64,000 bases of DNA, taken from positions 7,014 to 71,013 of the forward strand of contig JAUYSY010000088.1 of the NCBI GenBank assembly GCA_030696155.1, read 5' to 3'. The position numbers were made by a program, and so were the translations under genes. This DNA comes from Alphaproteobacteria bacterium (lineage in GTDB: Bacteria; Pseudomonadota; Alphaproteobacteria; JAUXUR01). The notes below the pieces were generated by a model. That model searched no databases and was not told the DNA's origin. It saw only the letters and a program-made list of their open reading frames with translations. Below, piece by piece: positions 1 to 9,792 of the stretch (its first letter is position 1; every line of letters begins with the position of its first letter).

Positions 1-104
1 TGAAATAACTTTAGATTCAGACAAGGAATGACGCGCGATGTGTAGTCTCTTCCTACATGAGAAAGGTTTGACGATGTATCAATTTGAAGTTATTTCACTA
101 TACA

Positions 105-1664
105 TTAATGTTCAGAATAATTTACACTAATTGTATTTATGTGATCAAACATTTTATAGCTATAACGTACAGGAATCTTTATAGAACAATTTTTCAACGT
201 CTTTATAATAATATCATCAACATAAAAGTTAATTTTATTTAAAGAATTTAATATCTCAATCTTAATTTTAATAACACCATCCCTTTTATTAACATAAAAA
301 GCATATTGACCATTAATTTTAATTGAGTGAATTCTTCCATATTCATTTAAATCAATGTTGCCACTTCCTTCAGCTTGATTCCAAAGATCTCTAAAATTAC
401 CGCTCTTTCCAGAAGTGGATATAAACATATATTCGTCAAATGGCACCATATGATACACTCTTTGTCCAAATTCATTGTATTCAAATTTCCATTCATGTCT
501 TTTGATAATATTTGCATAGGGTGCTTCTAATTTATTGAAAGCCGGATAGGTAAAACAACGCATTTCAGGGGTCCAATCCAAGGTATTTATATCTTTTTTA
601 TAAACCTCTCCCCAAGGCCAAATTCCAACATATATTGATCCGCCATAACGAACCATAACCATCAATTCTCTCTCGTTTTCTGAAACAGGATTAAGAATAG
701 GTGGTTCCATTGTATCTATTTGTTTATCATCTATTATTTTATGGATGTGTCCTGATGGATAATGTCCATATAGCATTTCACCGTCGAGTTTTAAAGCACA
801 GTAAAGTTGATTACTGATTCTATCGTAATTAGTACCTATACACTTTATTCCATTTTCGGATGCTTTATATATCCATCCATGAGAAGTGCATAAAATAAAT
901 TTATTAAATTGACAAGAAATACAATATAAAAAATCATCTTTATCTTGAAGTCTTGATGCAAATAAAAATTTCCATTTGTTTCTAGCAACGTTAAATTTAT
1001 AAATTTTTAATGCAGAAAATCCAATACCATCGGGATCAGATTCTGGATTCACAACAACATTTAAACAAACATAATCTCCAGATAATAAATACTTACCTAT
1101 TATTCCTGGTGAACCTTCTTTCAAATCTGGAAAGTCAGTGAATTGAATAGTCTTTCTGTTTTGAGTTAAAGTCGTATCATTAGAAAATGTATAATAAGGG
1201 CTAAATTGTATTTCATCTAAATTAAAAAATCTATTTGTGTCTATGTCGTATTGAGACAAAAAGACATTTTTTTTAGTTGATAATGGATAAGCATATAAAC
1301 GCCCATCCTGAACCATAAGGCCAGTTCCCGTTGAGTCTTCAAAGGGATTATTATATAAAAAACAATCTTTAGTTATTATATTTAGAAATTCAGGATGAAT
1401 AGAAAAAATAATTCCATATGGATTTGAGGATCTGGTTGTTTGCCAAGAAAATAAATGAGAAATCGAAAAAATAATTTTATTGTTCATATCCACAAAATCA
1501 AAGATATTATCTATCTTATTTTCTGATAAATTTTTATTATCAATTTCAAATTCAATAACAATATCTTTAACAGCAAAAACATTAAAACTAAAACTAAAAC
1601 TAAAAAATAAGATATATAAATATTTAAACATTAAAAACCTCAACAAGTTATATTGTAAATACAA
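105..1664 (-). CDS. Family-A paralog 1: hypothetical, probably secreted protein (~500 aa); function unknown
   Basis: Long ORF. The N-terminus after internal Met (~1631) is hydrophobic and signal-peptide-like (MFKYLYILFFSFSFSFNVFA). It shares conserved blocks (WQTTRSSNPYGI, SPYYTFSNDT, LYGHYPSGRIH, QQIDTMEPPILNPV, GIWPWGEVYKK, EFGQRVY, NEYGKIHSIKINGQY) with ORFs 9793..11280 and 32392..33915. Confidence 0.6.
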   Translation of the reverse strand: MYLQYNLLRFLMFKYLYILFFSFSFSFNVFAVKDIVIEFEIDNKNLSENKIDNIFDFVDMNNKIIFSISHLFSWQTTRSSNPYGIIFSIHPEFLNIITKDCFLYNNPFEDSTGTGLMVQDGRLYAYPLSTKKNVFLSQYDIDTNRFFNLDEIQFSPYYTFSNDTTLTQNRKTIQFTDFPDLKEGSPGIIGKYLLSGDYVCLNVVVNPESDPDGIGFSALKIYKFNVARNKWKFLFASRLQDKDDFLYCISCQFNKFILCTSHGWIYKASENGIKCIGTNYDRISNQLYCALKLDGEMLYGHYPSGHIHKIIDDKQIDTMEPPILNPVSENERELMVMVRYGGSIYVGIWPWGEVYKKDINTLDWTPEMRCFTYPAFNKLEAPYANIIKRHEWKFEYNEFGQRVYHMVPFDEYMFISTSGKSGNFRDLWNQAEGSGNIDLNEYGRIHSIKINGQYAFYVNKRDGVIKIKIEILNSLNKINFYVDDIIIKTLKNCSIKIPVRYSYKMFDHINTISVNYSEH

Positions 1665-2096
1665 ACTATTTTACAAAATAAAGAATAATAATTTATTTAT
1701 TGTATACACAACAAAAAGAAATGTCAATAAAATTGACATTATTGCTAAGGTATGCTTATTAAAAATTTTAATAAACGTTTCTTTTTTGCAAAAATTCTTC
1801 CGCATATATCGGTGAGTGCATTTTCAAAAATTGCTAAAAGGAAGATTATCAAGAAAAGTTCAGGAGTAATTTCCGGAACTTCGAAAAAATTACTGAGGGT
1901 ATCATTTTTATGATAGAGAATTTTTTAGCACTACCAGAGATAATGTTGCAGACAATATTATCAATAACCATATCGACAATCTTCAAACGCAAAAAAGTCA
2001 TCTAATATGAAAATATTTCATTAGAATGATACAGACTTCCAGCAAAGATTCTAACCTGCCAGATTCAGGCGGTATGGGAATTCATAATTTTTTTAA

Positions 2097-3419
2097 TTAT
2101 TCAATTTCAATTTTTTTAATTATTATATTTTTTGGATAGTCAACACATAATTTTATTAATACATTATGCTCCCAATTATTTGTTATAATAATTGTTCGTT
2201 CTTTTCCATTAATACCAAAAAGTTTATTTTTTTTAATTGGTATTTTCTTTTTTTCTAGTCCAATTTTTTCTAAAAATAAATCAAAAATACTTCTATTAGA
2301 ATTATTTTTTGGCATAAAATTTATTTTAATACCTCCAATTCCACCAACAACTAGTTTAATTTTTTTTGCATTTTCAATTTCTATTGTTTCATCAGCGAAT
2401 ACAACACCATCCAAAGTAGAATTGTTCCATAAATCTTCAGATCTGCTATGTATTTTAACAAATGGTTTTTGGTAATCAATATTTTTTGAAAATTCTAATC
2501 TATCTGATATTTTTGTACTTAAAATTTTCAAATCTAAATCTAAATTATTTTCTTTTTTTGAAGTAAACATTAACCTAAACGGTTCTTCTGTTTTTATAAA
2601 TGAATCTTTTATTTCATTAATGCCTTTTTTAATATAAAAGGTATTTAATTTACTGGATGAAATAATTTCACCTAATTCATTGTAGCTTAAATAATAAGAG
2701 AATAATTTGTAATCACTATTAGAATATACTTTAGTTGAATATGTATAATTATATTTACCTTTTTGTTTTAATTGGTAATTTTCGTAACTATTTGGAGAAT
2801 AATAATAATCCTCATTTTCATTGCTTAATGAAAATGATTTTTTAGAATAATCCATTTGATTTAAAATTTCTTCAAATATTTTTTTTATTGATGGTTTAAT
2901 TTTTTTTATTTTGATGTTGTCGACAAGCTGTTCATTAAAATTTTTATTTAATTTTATAATTTTCCAACCCGCTTGATTGAAAACAACTTGAGACAAATGC
3001 GGATCGTTCAACAAATCGTATAATTTTGTAGAATACAAAGTAGGGTCATTATAATCATTAATCAAAAAATAAATAAAATCGTTTTCTATAAATTTATTGA
3101 ACAAATCTTCTGTGCTTTTATTTGATTTATTTAATATTTCGTATATTTGTTGACTATATAAATGAAACGGTGTTGGTTTCATGTATATAAGCTCTGCTTG
3201 TCTCATTGCTACTACTTTATTTTTACCAATAATAGAATTAACAGCTTTAATTACAAAAGATAAAGAATTATTTCCATGTAAGATTTTATGAAAATCCGAA
3301 TTATAAAAGGCATACGATTTTATATTTTTATAAAAATGTATAATGGGTATACTTGATAAAAGTACCACAAAAAAACAAAAAACAATGTATTTAAGTTTTT
3401 CTAAAACGAATGATGCCAT
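2097..3419 (-). CDS. Single-pass membrane protein with large extracytoplasmic domain; conserved partner of the GT-C-like gene (paralog of 19497..20777)
   Basis: One N-terminal TM helix. NDYNDPTLYSTKLYDLLND and AGWKIIKLNK motifs are shared with 19497..20777 and with the C-terminal domain of 29002..31029. The start overlaps the upstream GT-C gene by 29 nt. Confidence 0.6.
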   Translation of the reverse strand: MASFVLEKLKYIVFCFFVVLLSSIPIIHFYKNIKSYAFYNSDFHKILHGNNSLSFVIKAVNSIIGKNKVVAMRQAELIYMKPTPFHLYSQQIYEILNKSNKSTEDLFNKFIENDFIYFLINDYNDPTLYSTKLYDLLNDPHLSQVVFNQAGWKIIKLNKNFNEQLVDNIKIKKIKPSIKKIFEEILNQMDYSKKSFSLSNENEDYYYSPNSYENYQLKQKGKYNYTYSTKVYSNSDYKLFSYYLSYNELGEIISSSKLNTFYIKKGINEIKDSFIKTEEPFRLMFTSKKENNLDLDLKILSTKISDRLEFSKNIDYQKPFVKIHSRSEDLWNNSTLDGVVFADETIEIENAKKIKLVVGGIGGIKINFMPKNNSNRSIFDLFLEKIGLEKKKIPIKKNKLFGINGKERTIIITNNWEHNVLIKLCVDYPKNIIIKKIEIE

Positions 3420-4830
3420 ATCTAGAAAATACCTTTTCAGTAAATAATGATCCTATTAAAGCCATATGCAAAATAGGCTGTAGCATGTATCTATGGTTAT
3501 GTAAGAAGATATCTATACCTATAAAAGAGGCAAAAAGAACACCGAGATAAAACATAAAAACTATTAAAATTGAAAAATCTAAAAAAGTATTAATTTTAAA
3601 AATAGTATTAATTTTTCTTTTAATATAAATGATACATGCAGGAATGGTAATAAGATAGAAAAATCCAAAATTTCTATATTCAAAAAACATTTTTCCAAAT
3701 CCATAAAAGAATTTTTCAGAGAAAGAAGACACATCTCTATCTAGTTTTCTAAAATGAGTAAAAGCTTCTTTGTTTTCTTTTGCAATATCCATTGTATAAA
3801 GATCACCGAATATAGATCCTAATACGTCATATATTTTTATAAAATCAAGAATAACAACAGATAAACATACTAAAAAAGAAACACAAATATAAGTTATTGT
3901 TTTTATTAATTTTTTTCTATTTTTTATAAATACTATTGTAAATAAAATAAACAATGTTAGAATCCCAGAGCTGTGGACAAACCATGATAAACCTATTGAT
4001 AAACCCAATAATATGTAATTTGAATAATTATCTCTTTTGATGGTTAAGTAGGCAAATAAAGAGGCTGAAAAAAATGTTAAACACCTTATAGGGTCAATAT
4101 GAAAACCAAAAGACATCAAAAAGAAAAATGGAAAACTTAATACAAGAAATGTTGCAATAAAAGGATTTTTTATATGTTTCTGATAGGTTGATATTTTTAT
4201 TAAGATAAATGAAATAATAATAGGAACCATTATTACAAAAAATTTAGAATTTAAATTTTGAATATCAACATCAAGTAAGACTGCACCAAATGCCAGGTAT
4301 GAAGGAAAACCAAGGGGATGTGTAAGGGGTAGAACAAAACCTTTTATAGCATCTTTAGAAGGATAATCATATATAAAGCTTTTGCCTAAGATCAATCTTG
4401 AAATATGAAAATACTCTATTGAATCGTTTTCGATAACTGGAAAAAAAACACAAGATAAAATTAAAAATAAAAGCAAAACAACAACAAAAAACAAAACAAA
4501 AATATTTTTCAAATTATATTTTAAAGGTAAAGTATAATTATTAACAATAAACAATTTTAATTTTTTTAAATAAAATAAAGAATAAAAAAAGAATGGAAGT
4601 GTCGTTATAGAAAACAATGTATAAAAAGATTGTTCATTAAGAATTCTAGTGAATAACAAAAAAACAAAAGAAACAAAAGGGATTCCAATACCTAAACATG
4701 CACAGAACAAAAATCTTTTTTCTATTTTTGTTGCATCATAAGGAATACATATATTATAAAATGTAAATGGTATAAATATTGTTATAGCTAATATTTTTGA
4801 TATTTGAATTAGTATATCAATAAAATTCAT
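3391..4830 (-). CDS. Polytopic membrane protein, GT-C fold glycosyltransferase-like (ArnT/PMT/Gtr-type); paralog of 18097..19539 and 29002..31029
   Basis: More than 10 predicted TM segments. The first loop carries an acidic ENDSIEY motif followed by a conserved HPLGFPSYLAFG block. The same arrangement recurs in two paralogs (GNDPLQY...HPLGYPGLLAWG and ENDALEY...HPLGYPSLLVFQ). Confidence 0.55.
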   Translation of the reverse strand: MNFIDILIQISKILAITIFIPFTFYNICIPYDATKIEKRFLFCACLGIGIPFVSFVFLLFTRILNEQSFYTLFSITTLPFFFYSLFYLKKLKLFIVNNYTLPLKYNLKNIFVLFFVVVLLLFLILSCVFFPVIENDSIEYFHISRLILGKSFIYDYPSKDAIKGFVLPLTHPLGFPSYLAFGAVLLDVDIQNLNSKFFVIMVPIIISFILIKISTYQKHIKNPFIATFLVLSFPFFFLMSFGFHIDPIRCLTFFSASLFAYLTIKRDNYSNYILLGLSIGLSWFVHSSGILTLFILFTIVFIKNRKKLIKTITYICVSFLVCLSVVILDFIKIYDVLGSIFGDLYTMDIAKENKEAFTHFRKLDRDVSSFSEKFFYGFGKMFFEYRNFGFFYLITIPACIIYIKRKINTIFKINTFLDFSILIVFMFYLGVLFASFIGIDIFLHNHRYMLQPILHMALIGSLFTEKVFSRYGIIRFRKT

Positions 4831-5001
4831 TTTGACCCTGCAAAAAAACCATCCTTATTGTTTTACATGATTAATATCAATGTTTCAAGGTTAAAATAAA
4901 TTTCATAATTTTCTGGTTTTTCGATTTGGTAAAAACTGAATGTTAAAAACAAGTGAAACTCCATGGGGCAACCCCCGTGGTGTTTCGTTAGAACAATAAA
5001 T

Positions 5002-5532
5002 CTAGATTATTGTTTTTTTCATTATTATTTTTTTTCCACTAGAAAAAAAAATAATTTCGTTAAATAATAGTTTATTATATAAAAATCTAGCATTATTAGC
5101 ACTGTTAACAATTAAAAAAACATTCTTCTTTTTTGTTTTTTTTAAAACATCTTCAAGTGCATAACTTAAAAGCTCTTTTCCTAGCCCCTTATTTTGATAT
5201 TCTTGTACTATACTCGTTGAATAAAGCCATAATTTTGTAGATAATCTAAACGTTGCATATCCTATAATTTTATTATCAACATACAATATATATGTTAGAT
5301 CAGGTGTTTTTAAAAGATAATTTTTTAATTCTGAATCAAGAGAATCTTTGAAATTATTTCTATAAATTTTTAAAATTTGCTCTATATCATCATATGATTT
5401 TACATAATCAATTCTTTTTTTATTTTCTGTGCATATTTTTAAATTTTTAATTTTATTTTTTTTAAAATTATTCATAAAATTATGTAAAATAATTTCAGAA
5501 TAACTTATAAATAAAAATAAAATTTTAAACAT
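5002..5532 (-). CDS. GNAT-family N-acetyltransferase
   Basis: Acetyl-CoA binding-like motif QNKGLGKELLSYALE at the expected position in a 176-aa protein. Confidence 0.7.
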   Translation of the reverse strand: MFKILFLFISYSEIILHNFMNNFKKNKIKNLKICTENKKRIDYVKSYDDIEQILKIYRNNFKDSLDSELKNYLLKTPDLTYILYVDNKIIGYATFRLSTKLWLYSTSIVQEYQNKGLGKELLSYALEDVLKKTKKKNVFLIVNSANNARFLYNKLLFNEIIFFSSGKKIIMKKTII

Positions 5533-6569
5533 TATACACCTTCCTTTAGTAAGGAAGGTCCAATCATTTCATTAACCCATTCAGGTGATTTACGTATAAC
5601 AAAAGAAACTATTTTTCCTAAAGAGCCATCTCTTTTTATACTTTTTTGTTTTTTACAATGTATAACGCTTGTTGGAATGTCATATATATTTTGTGTAAAT
5701 TGTTTTTTGAAGTTTATTAAACCTGTATGAAATTTTGGTGCTGAACCTAAATCAAAAACTGAATGCTGTTGATTAAAAGAATATTTAATGGCTTCCCAAA
5801 GCAATAAATTCATTGGTCTCTGTAAAATGGCTTCAGGATTATCAAATGACCCGCCATAGGAATATAACGCTTTATTGTTATGATAAAAAATCATTATAGA
5901 TGCGCATAATCTATTATTATGAAATGCATTAAATATTAAAGTTTCTTTATTCAATTCACTATGAATTTCAGAAAATAATTTTTTTGGATATAAAGGTGAT
6001 CCTTGTCTTGTGCGTGTTTGTCTAATTATTTTGTAAAAATTTTCATAATCTTCGACCGAATTACCAATTTTAATTTCGATATTCTTGATTGCTTTTTTAA
6101 TATTTCTTTTATTAGTATCAGCAAGAGATTTAAAATATTCATCCGATGATTTAAAATCTTTGATAGAGACGACAGATATACAATTTTCGTTAGAAATTGT
6201 AACGTTTTCAGAAAAATCTTTAATATTATCTCTAAATTCAATATAATTGTATTTATTTGATAATGTTGAAAGTAAATTATTAATAGACTCTTTTTTTATA
6301 AAATCATTTTTACTTATTATTGGAACAGAGTGTGAAAATGGAATCGAAATTAATCTTTTTCCTTTTAATAATCCATTAACCTCAAACAAATTAAAAACAC
6401 ATGAAAATTCATCATTTTCTTCAGATAAAAAATACAAGGGTTTAAAATTATAAGTATTTTTTGTTACATTCATCCATCCAAGCGTATGATATATTTCTGA
6501 AATTTCAGATTCATATATAAATTTATTATATTTTTCTATATTTTTAGGATTTAAACTTAATAAATTCAT
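5532..6569 (-). CDS. FemAB/CelD-like (Acetyltransf_6-type) acyl/aminoacyl transferase; start reassigned to internal Met (TAATG coupling with upstream gene)
   Basis: Segment KRNIKKAIKNIEIKIG...FYKIIRQTRTRQGSP and overall size resemble FemAB-family / CelD-like GNAT-fold proteins. The ORF-track start at 6665 would overlap the upstream gene by 97 nt, whereas Met at 6567..6569 abuts its stop. Confidence 0.45.
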   Translation of the reverse strand: MNLLSLNPKNIEKYNKFIYESEISEIYHTLGWMNVTKNTYNFKPLYFLSEENDEFSCVFNLFEVNGLLKGKRLISIPFSHSVPIISKNDFIKKESINNLLSTLSNKYNYIEFRDNIKDFSENVTISNENCISVVSIKDFKSSDEYFKSLADTNKRNIKKAIKNIEIKIGNSVEDYENFYKIIRQTRTRQGSPLYPKKLFSEIHSELNKETLIFNAFHNNRLCASIMIFYHNNKALYSYGGSFDNPEAILQRPMNLLLWEAIKYSFNQQHSVFDLGSAPKFHTGLINFKKQFTQNIYDIPTSVIHCKKQKSIKRDGSLGKIVSFVIRKSPEWVNEMIGPSLLKEGV

Positions 6570-7375
6570 TATTTTTTCCGCATATATTTTATTGTATTCT
6601 TTAAAGCCACAGATGCAATATCCATTGAAAAAGATAATATATGTGAAGAAAAAGAATGAGACCATCTTTCTGGATGAGTTTGGATGATAATGTTATTAAA
6701 TTCTACATTATTTTTATTTTTGTAAATAAAGTCGATAAGACTGGACGTGCTTTTTAAGTTTGATAAGTCTAATCCATTTTTTTGAACATTATCTCTTAAG
6801 TTCGATTTTGTATTTCCCCAACTACGTGATGTATCTGTAAAATATTGAACTTTTTTATAATCAATCGAAATATAAGGTTCAGCAATAATTCCATTGTTTG
6901 TAAAGTCAAATTTTTTCCACAAATCTCTATTATCATATTTTGATAATGGACTACCGTGCATACATATTGTTTTTATACCTACTATTTTTCTAAAATTTTC
7001 AAGTTCACTTTTAAACAAATCATATGCTTTGGAGTAATCTCCTTTTGACTTTGAAAGTGTTTCGTAATGATACCCAATTTCATGCCCCAGAAGTTCAATT
7101 TTTTTAATAAGTTTTTCATTAAAAACGATAGGAATATGCCTAAAATAATAGGTTGATTTAATAGAAAATTCATTTTCTAATTCAGCCATTTTAAATGCAT
7201 TATAAGGAATTCTATCAACATCATGACGCATAATGATGCATTTCTCATTTTTTAATTCATTATAATTTTCATAAAATGATTTAAAATCAAAAAATTTATA
7301 CCCCATTTTTTGAAGGGAAAGGAAAAGGACTTTGTATTGATCAAGTGTAAAATCTTTAATATAATTTTGGGGCAT
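6569..7375 (-). CDS. Putative polysaccharide deacetylase-like (CE4-like) protein
   Basis: MRHDVDR motif near the N-terminus and downstream GHEIGYHYE His-containing block resemble divergent NodB-homology deacetylases. Weak. Confidence 0.35.
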   Translation of the reverse strand: MPQNYIKDFTLDQYKVLFLSLQKMGYKFFDFKSFYENYNELKNEKCIIMRHDVDRIPYNAFKMAELENEFSIKSTYYFRHIPIVFNEKLIKKIELLGHEIGYHYETLSKSKGDYSKAYDLFKSELENFRKIVGIKTICMHGSPLSKYDNRDLWKKFDFTNNGIIAEPYISIDYKKVQYFTDTSRSWGNTKSNLRDNVQKNGLDLSNLKSTSSLIDFIYKNKNNVEFNNIIIQTHPERWSHSFSSHILSFSMDIASVALKNTIKYMRKK

Positions 7376-9176
7376 TTTTTATAATTTCTATTGCATGATT
7401 TAAATCAAAGCCAACAACGCCTGCATATTCTTTCATAGACTCAAACCTTGGTTTGTTATCAATATTAATTTTGTCCATAGCCTCTTCTCTTGTAATAAGA
7501 CCTTGACGAATCTGTGAGCTTCTAAAGGTATCGTTTTCACTAAAACCAGCCATCTCCATATAAATATAATTGTAAAAAGCAGCAGTTCCGTCGCCTATTC
7601 GCCAAGTAGTATCAGAAGATTTTTCTGTTTCCCAATTATAATTATTTTTTAAAACATCAATAAGATGTTTTTCATCCCAATCTATATAATCGTAAATGGA
7701 ATGTATATTATGTTTTAATATATACGCACAATAAAAAGCAAATGCAGTATCGTATAAAGAAGAATTAAAATATCTCACATTTTTTAAATATTCTAAAAAG
7801 AAATATTGAACCATTTTAATTTTTTGAAGCTTAGGAACATATGTATACCAGCCATTTGATTCTTTTACACCACAAAATCCTGATTTAAATCCACTTTGCT
7901 CCATCTTATTTCCAGCAAAAAAGACTAAATCTATATTTAGATTTTTTGAAATAACTTGTGGATGGTAAAAATATTCTTTATCACCTGCCATTAATAATGT
8001 AACCATTCCTAATGATGGTCTCTTAAGCCAGGCTAATAAATTCTTTTGAACATATTTTCTTTTTTTTGGAATATCTGCTGAAACAAGTATATTTTCAACA
8101 CCAAGCTGACCGCACATTCTTGCAATATTACGTCTAGCAAGATCTGTAACCATGCCCCAGTCATAAGTATAAGTAACGGGATTCATACCGAGCTCTACTT
8201 TTAAGACATGAAGGGCGTAAGAGCTATCACGGCCACCACTAAAAGCAAGTATACAATCAGGCGATCCATCATTTTTCTTATGTTTATCACATAAAGCCCT
8301 TAAAGCATCAATACCTAACGGTTTGTAAGGAATATAGGTATTGCAAATAGAACAAACACCATGCGCATCAAATTTAATTCCTGGAAAAGTTTCAGGAAGT
8401 ACGCATTTAGAGCACCTTTTAAGATTTATTTTTTTTATGTTATTTTTGTTTATATCTATTAATTGGTATTCTTCTTTTTTTAATTCTATTTTTTTAATAT
8501 CGCCTTTTTTTAGTTGATGTACATTTATATCGTTAAAATATTTTTTAGAAATATTTTTGATAAATGTTTGCTGAGAAGCAAAAACAACCGCATTATTTTT
8601 ATCTTCTAAATAGTATAAAGATCCAGTATTTGTGCTAAGTGTTAAAATGTTTTCTTTTTTAAAAAGGCACGCTAAGGATGCATCTCCCTCAATTATTGAG
8701 TAGAAATCATTTAAAGCACTCTCAATTGATGTTTCTTTAATTTTTTTATCTAAAAATTCTGGAATTACGGCGGTGTCAAGTTCTGATTTTGGAGATTGAT
8801 TTAAATGATCTTTCCAAATTTTTTCATAATTGCAAATTATACCATTATGAATTACTACTATATCTTTTTCTAAAACGGGTTGATTATTAAAAACATTAGA
8901 ACGATCGCCATTCGTGCAAAGCCTTGAATGTCCTAAAATCAATAAATCTCCGTTTTTTATATTAACTTCATCTAGAAGGTTTATTAACTCCTTCTCTTTC
9001 ATTAGCTCTAAAACAGATCCCTTGTGTCTTAAGATTTTAATTTTTCCTTGATGGCGTATTGCTATACCACTTGCTTCTTTCCCACGAGAGTTGGAAAGTT
9101 TAGCCAGATCAAATAGTAACTTTTTCCACTGTCCATCAAACTCTTTATCTATATAAAACCCAAATACGCCACACAC
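7356..9176 (-). CDS. Fusion amidotransferase: class-II (Ntn, Cys2) glutaminase domain + zinc ribbon + PP-loop ATP pyrophosphatase of the WbuX/PseA N-acetyl-sugar amidotransferase type
   Basis: Starts MCGVFGFY (Cys2 nucleophile). Then CSKCVLPETFPGIKFDAHGVCSICN (CxxC..CxxC). Then AFSGGRDSSYALHVLK (SGGxDS PP-loop). Paralog of 20777..22612. Confidence 0.6.
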   Translation of the reverse strand: MCGVFGFYIDKEFDGQWKKLLFDLAKLSNSRGKEASGIAIRHQGKIKILRHKGSVLELMKEKELINLLDEVNIKNGDLLILGHSRLCTNGDRSNVFNNQPVLEKDIVVIHNGIICNYEKIWKDHLNQSPKSELDTAVIPEFLDKKIKETSIESALNDFYSIIEGDASLACLFKKENILTLSTNTGSLYYLEDKNNAVVFASQQTFIKNISKKYFNDINVHQLKKGDIKKIELKKEEYQLIDINKNNIKKINLKRCSKCVLPETFPGIKFDAHGVCSICNTYIPYKPLGIDALRALCDKHKKNDGSPDCILAFSGGRDSSYALHVLKVELGMNPVTYTYDWGMVTDLARRNIARMCGQLGVENILVSADIPKKRKYVQKNLLAWLKRPSLGMVTLLMAGDKEYFYHPQVISKNLNIDLVFFAGNKMEQSGFKSGFCGVKESNGWYTYVPKLQKIKMVQYFFLEYLKNVRYFNSSLYDTAFAFYCAYILKHNIHSIYDYIDWDEKHLIDVLKNNYNWETEKSSDTTWRIGDGTAAFYNYIYMEMAGFSENDTFRSSQIRQGLITREEAMDKINIDNKPRFESMKEYAGVVGFDLNHAIEIIKNAPKLY

Positions 9177-9792
9177 ATCTATTCTCTGTAATTTTAGTTA
9201 TAAAACGATATCGTCAATCTATACAAAAACAAAAAAAAATCAACTAAATTCTCTAAAATTAATACTTAAAAAGTTTTATATAAAAAAATACGCACATTTA
9301 ACAGTTAAGTGCACAATCAGGATTTATTTTTATAAGCCAAGTAACTCAAGATTACCCTAGCAAAAAGGAGAACATCTTATAACGAATTATCACCACCTGA
9401 TCTATGAAAAACGTTGCCAGATTTATGCACTTTTGAAAAGATGTATAGGAGTATTGTCTATAGCTAAAGAGTTGGAACATAGTGCGTCTACTTTTCTTAT
9501 TGAAGAAAAATTAACAACAGAGCAATAAAGTCCGAAACAAATTTCAGGTTCGCTTAAAAATAACACGAAACATCAATAAGCTATGAATCTATTTTTCTTG
9601 AGCTTGTTTGAATGCTCTTTTTTTATAATTATTTTAATTTTTTTTCCAATAATCTTTTTTTAATGCTACAATCAACCTGGAAGGTCTCAGTTTTATCATG
9701 TATTTAAATCTAAAGATTTAAATACTAAAATTATACGGGATATATATGACTAGTTTTTTAAAAAAATTATATATTTTACTACCATTAACATA

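Noticed and set aside
1480-1815. 111-aa ORF on the plus strand overlapping the 3' end region of family-A paralog 1
   Set aside because: Lys/Ile/Leu-rich product of an AT-rich antisense frame. It overlaps the start region of a much better-supported gene. Treated as spurious.
6026-7173. Small ORFs (6026..6241 minus, 6247..6453 plus, 6982..7173 minus) inside or antisense to the FemAB-like and deacetylase-like genes
   Set aside because: Nested in alternative frames of longer genes with motif support. Typical AT-rich shadow ORFs.
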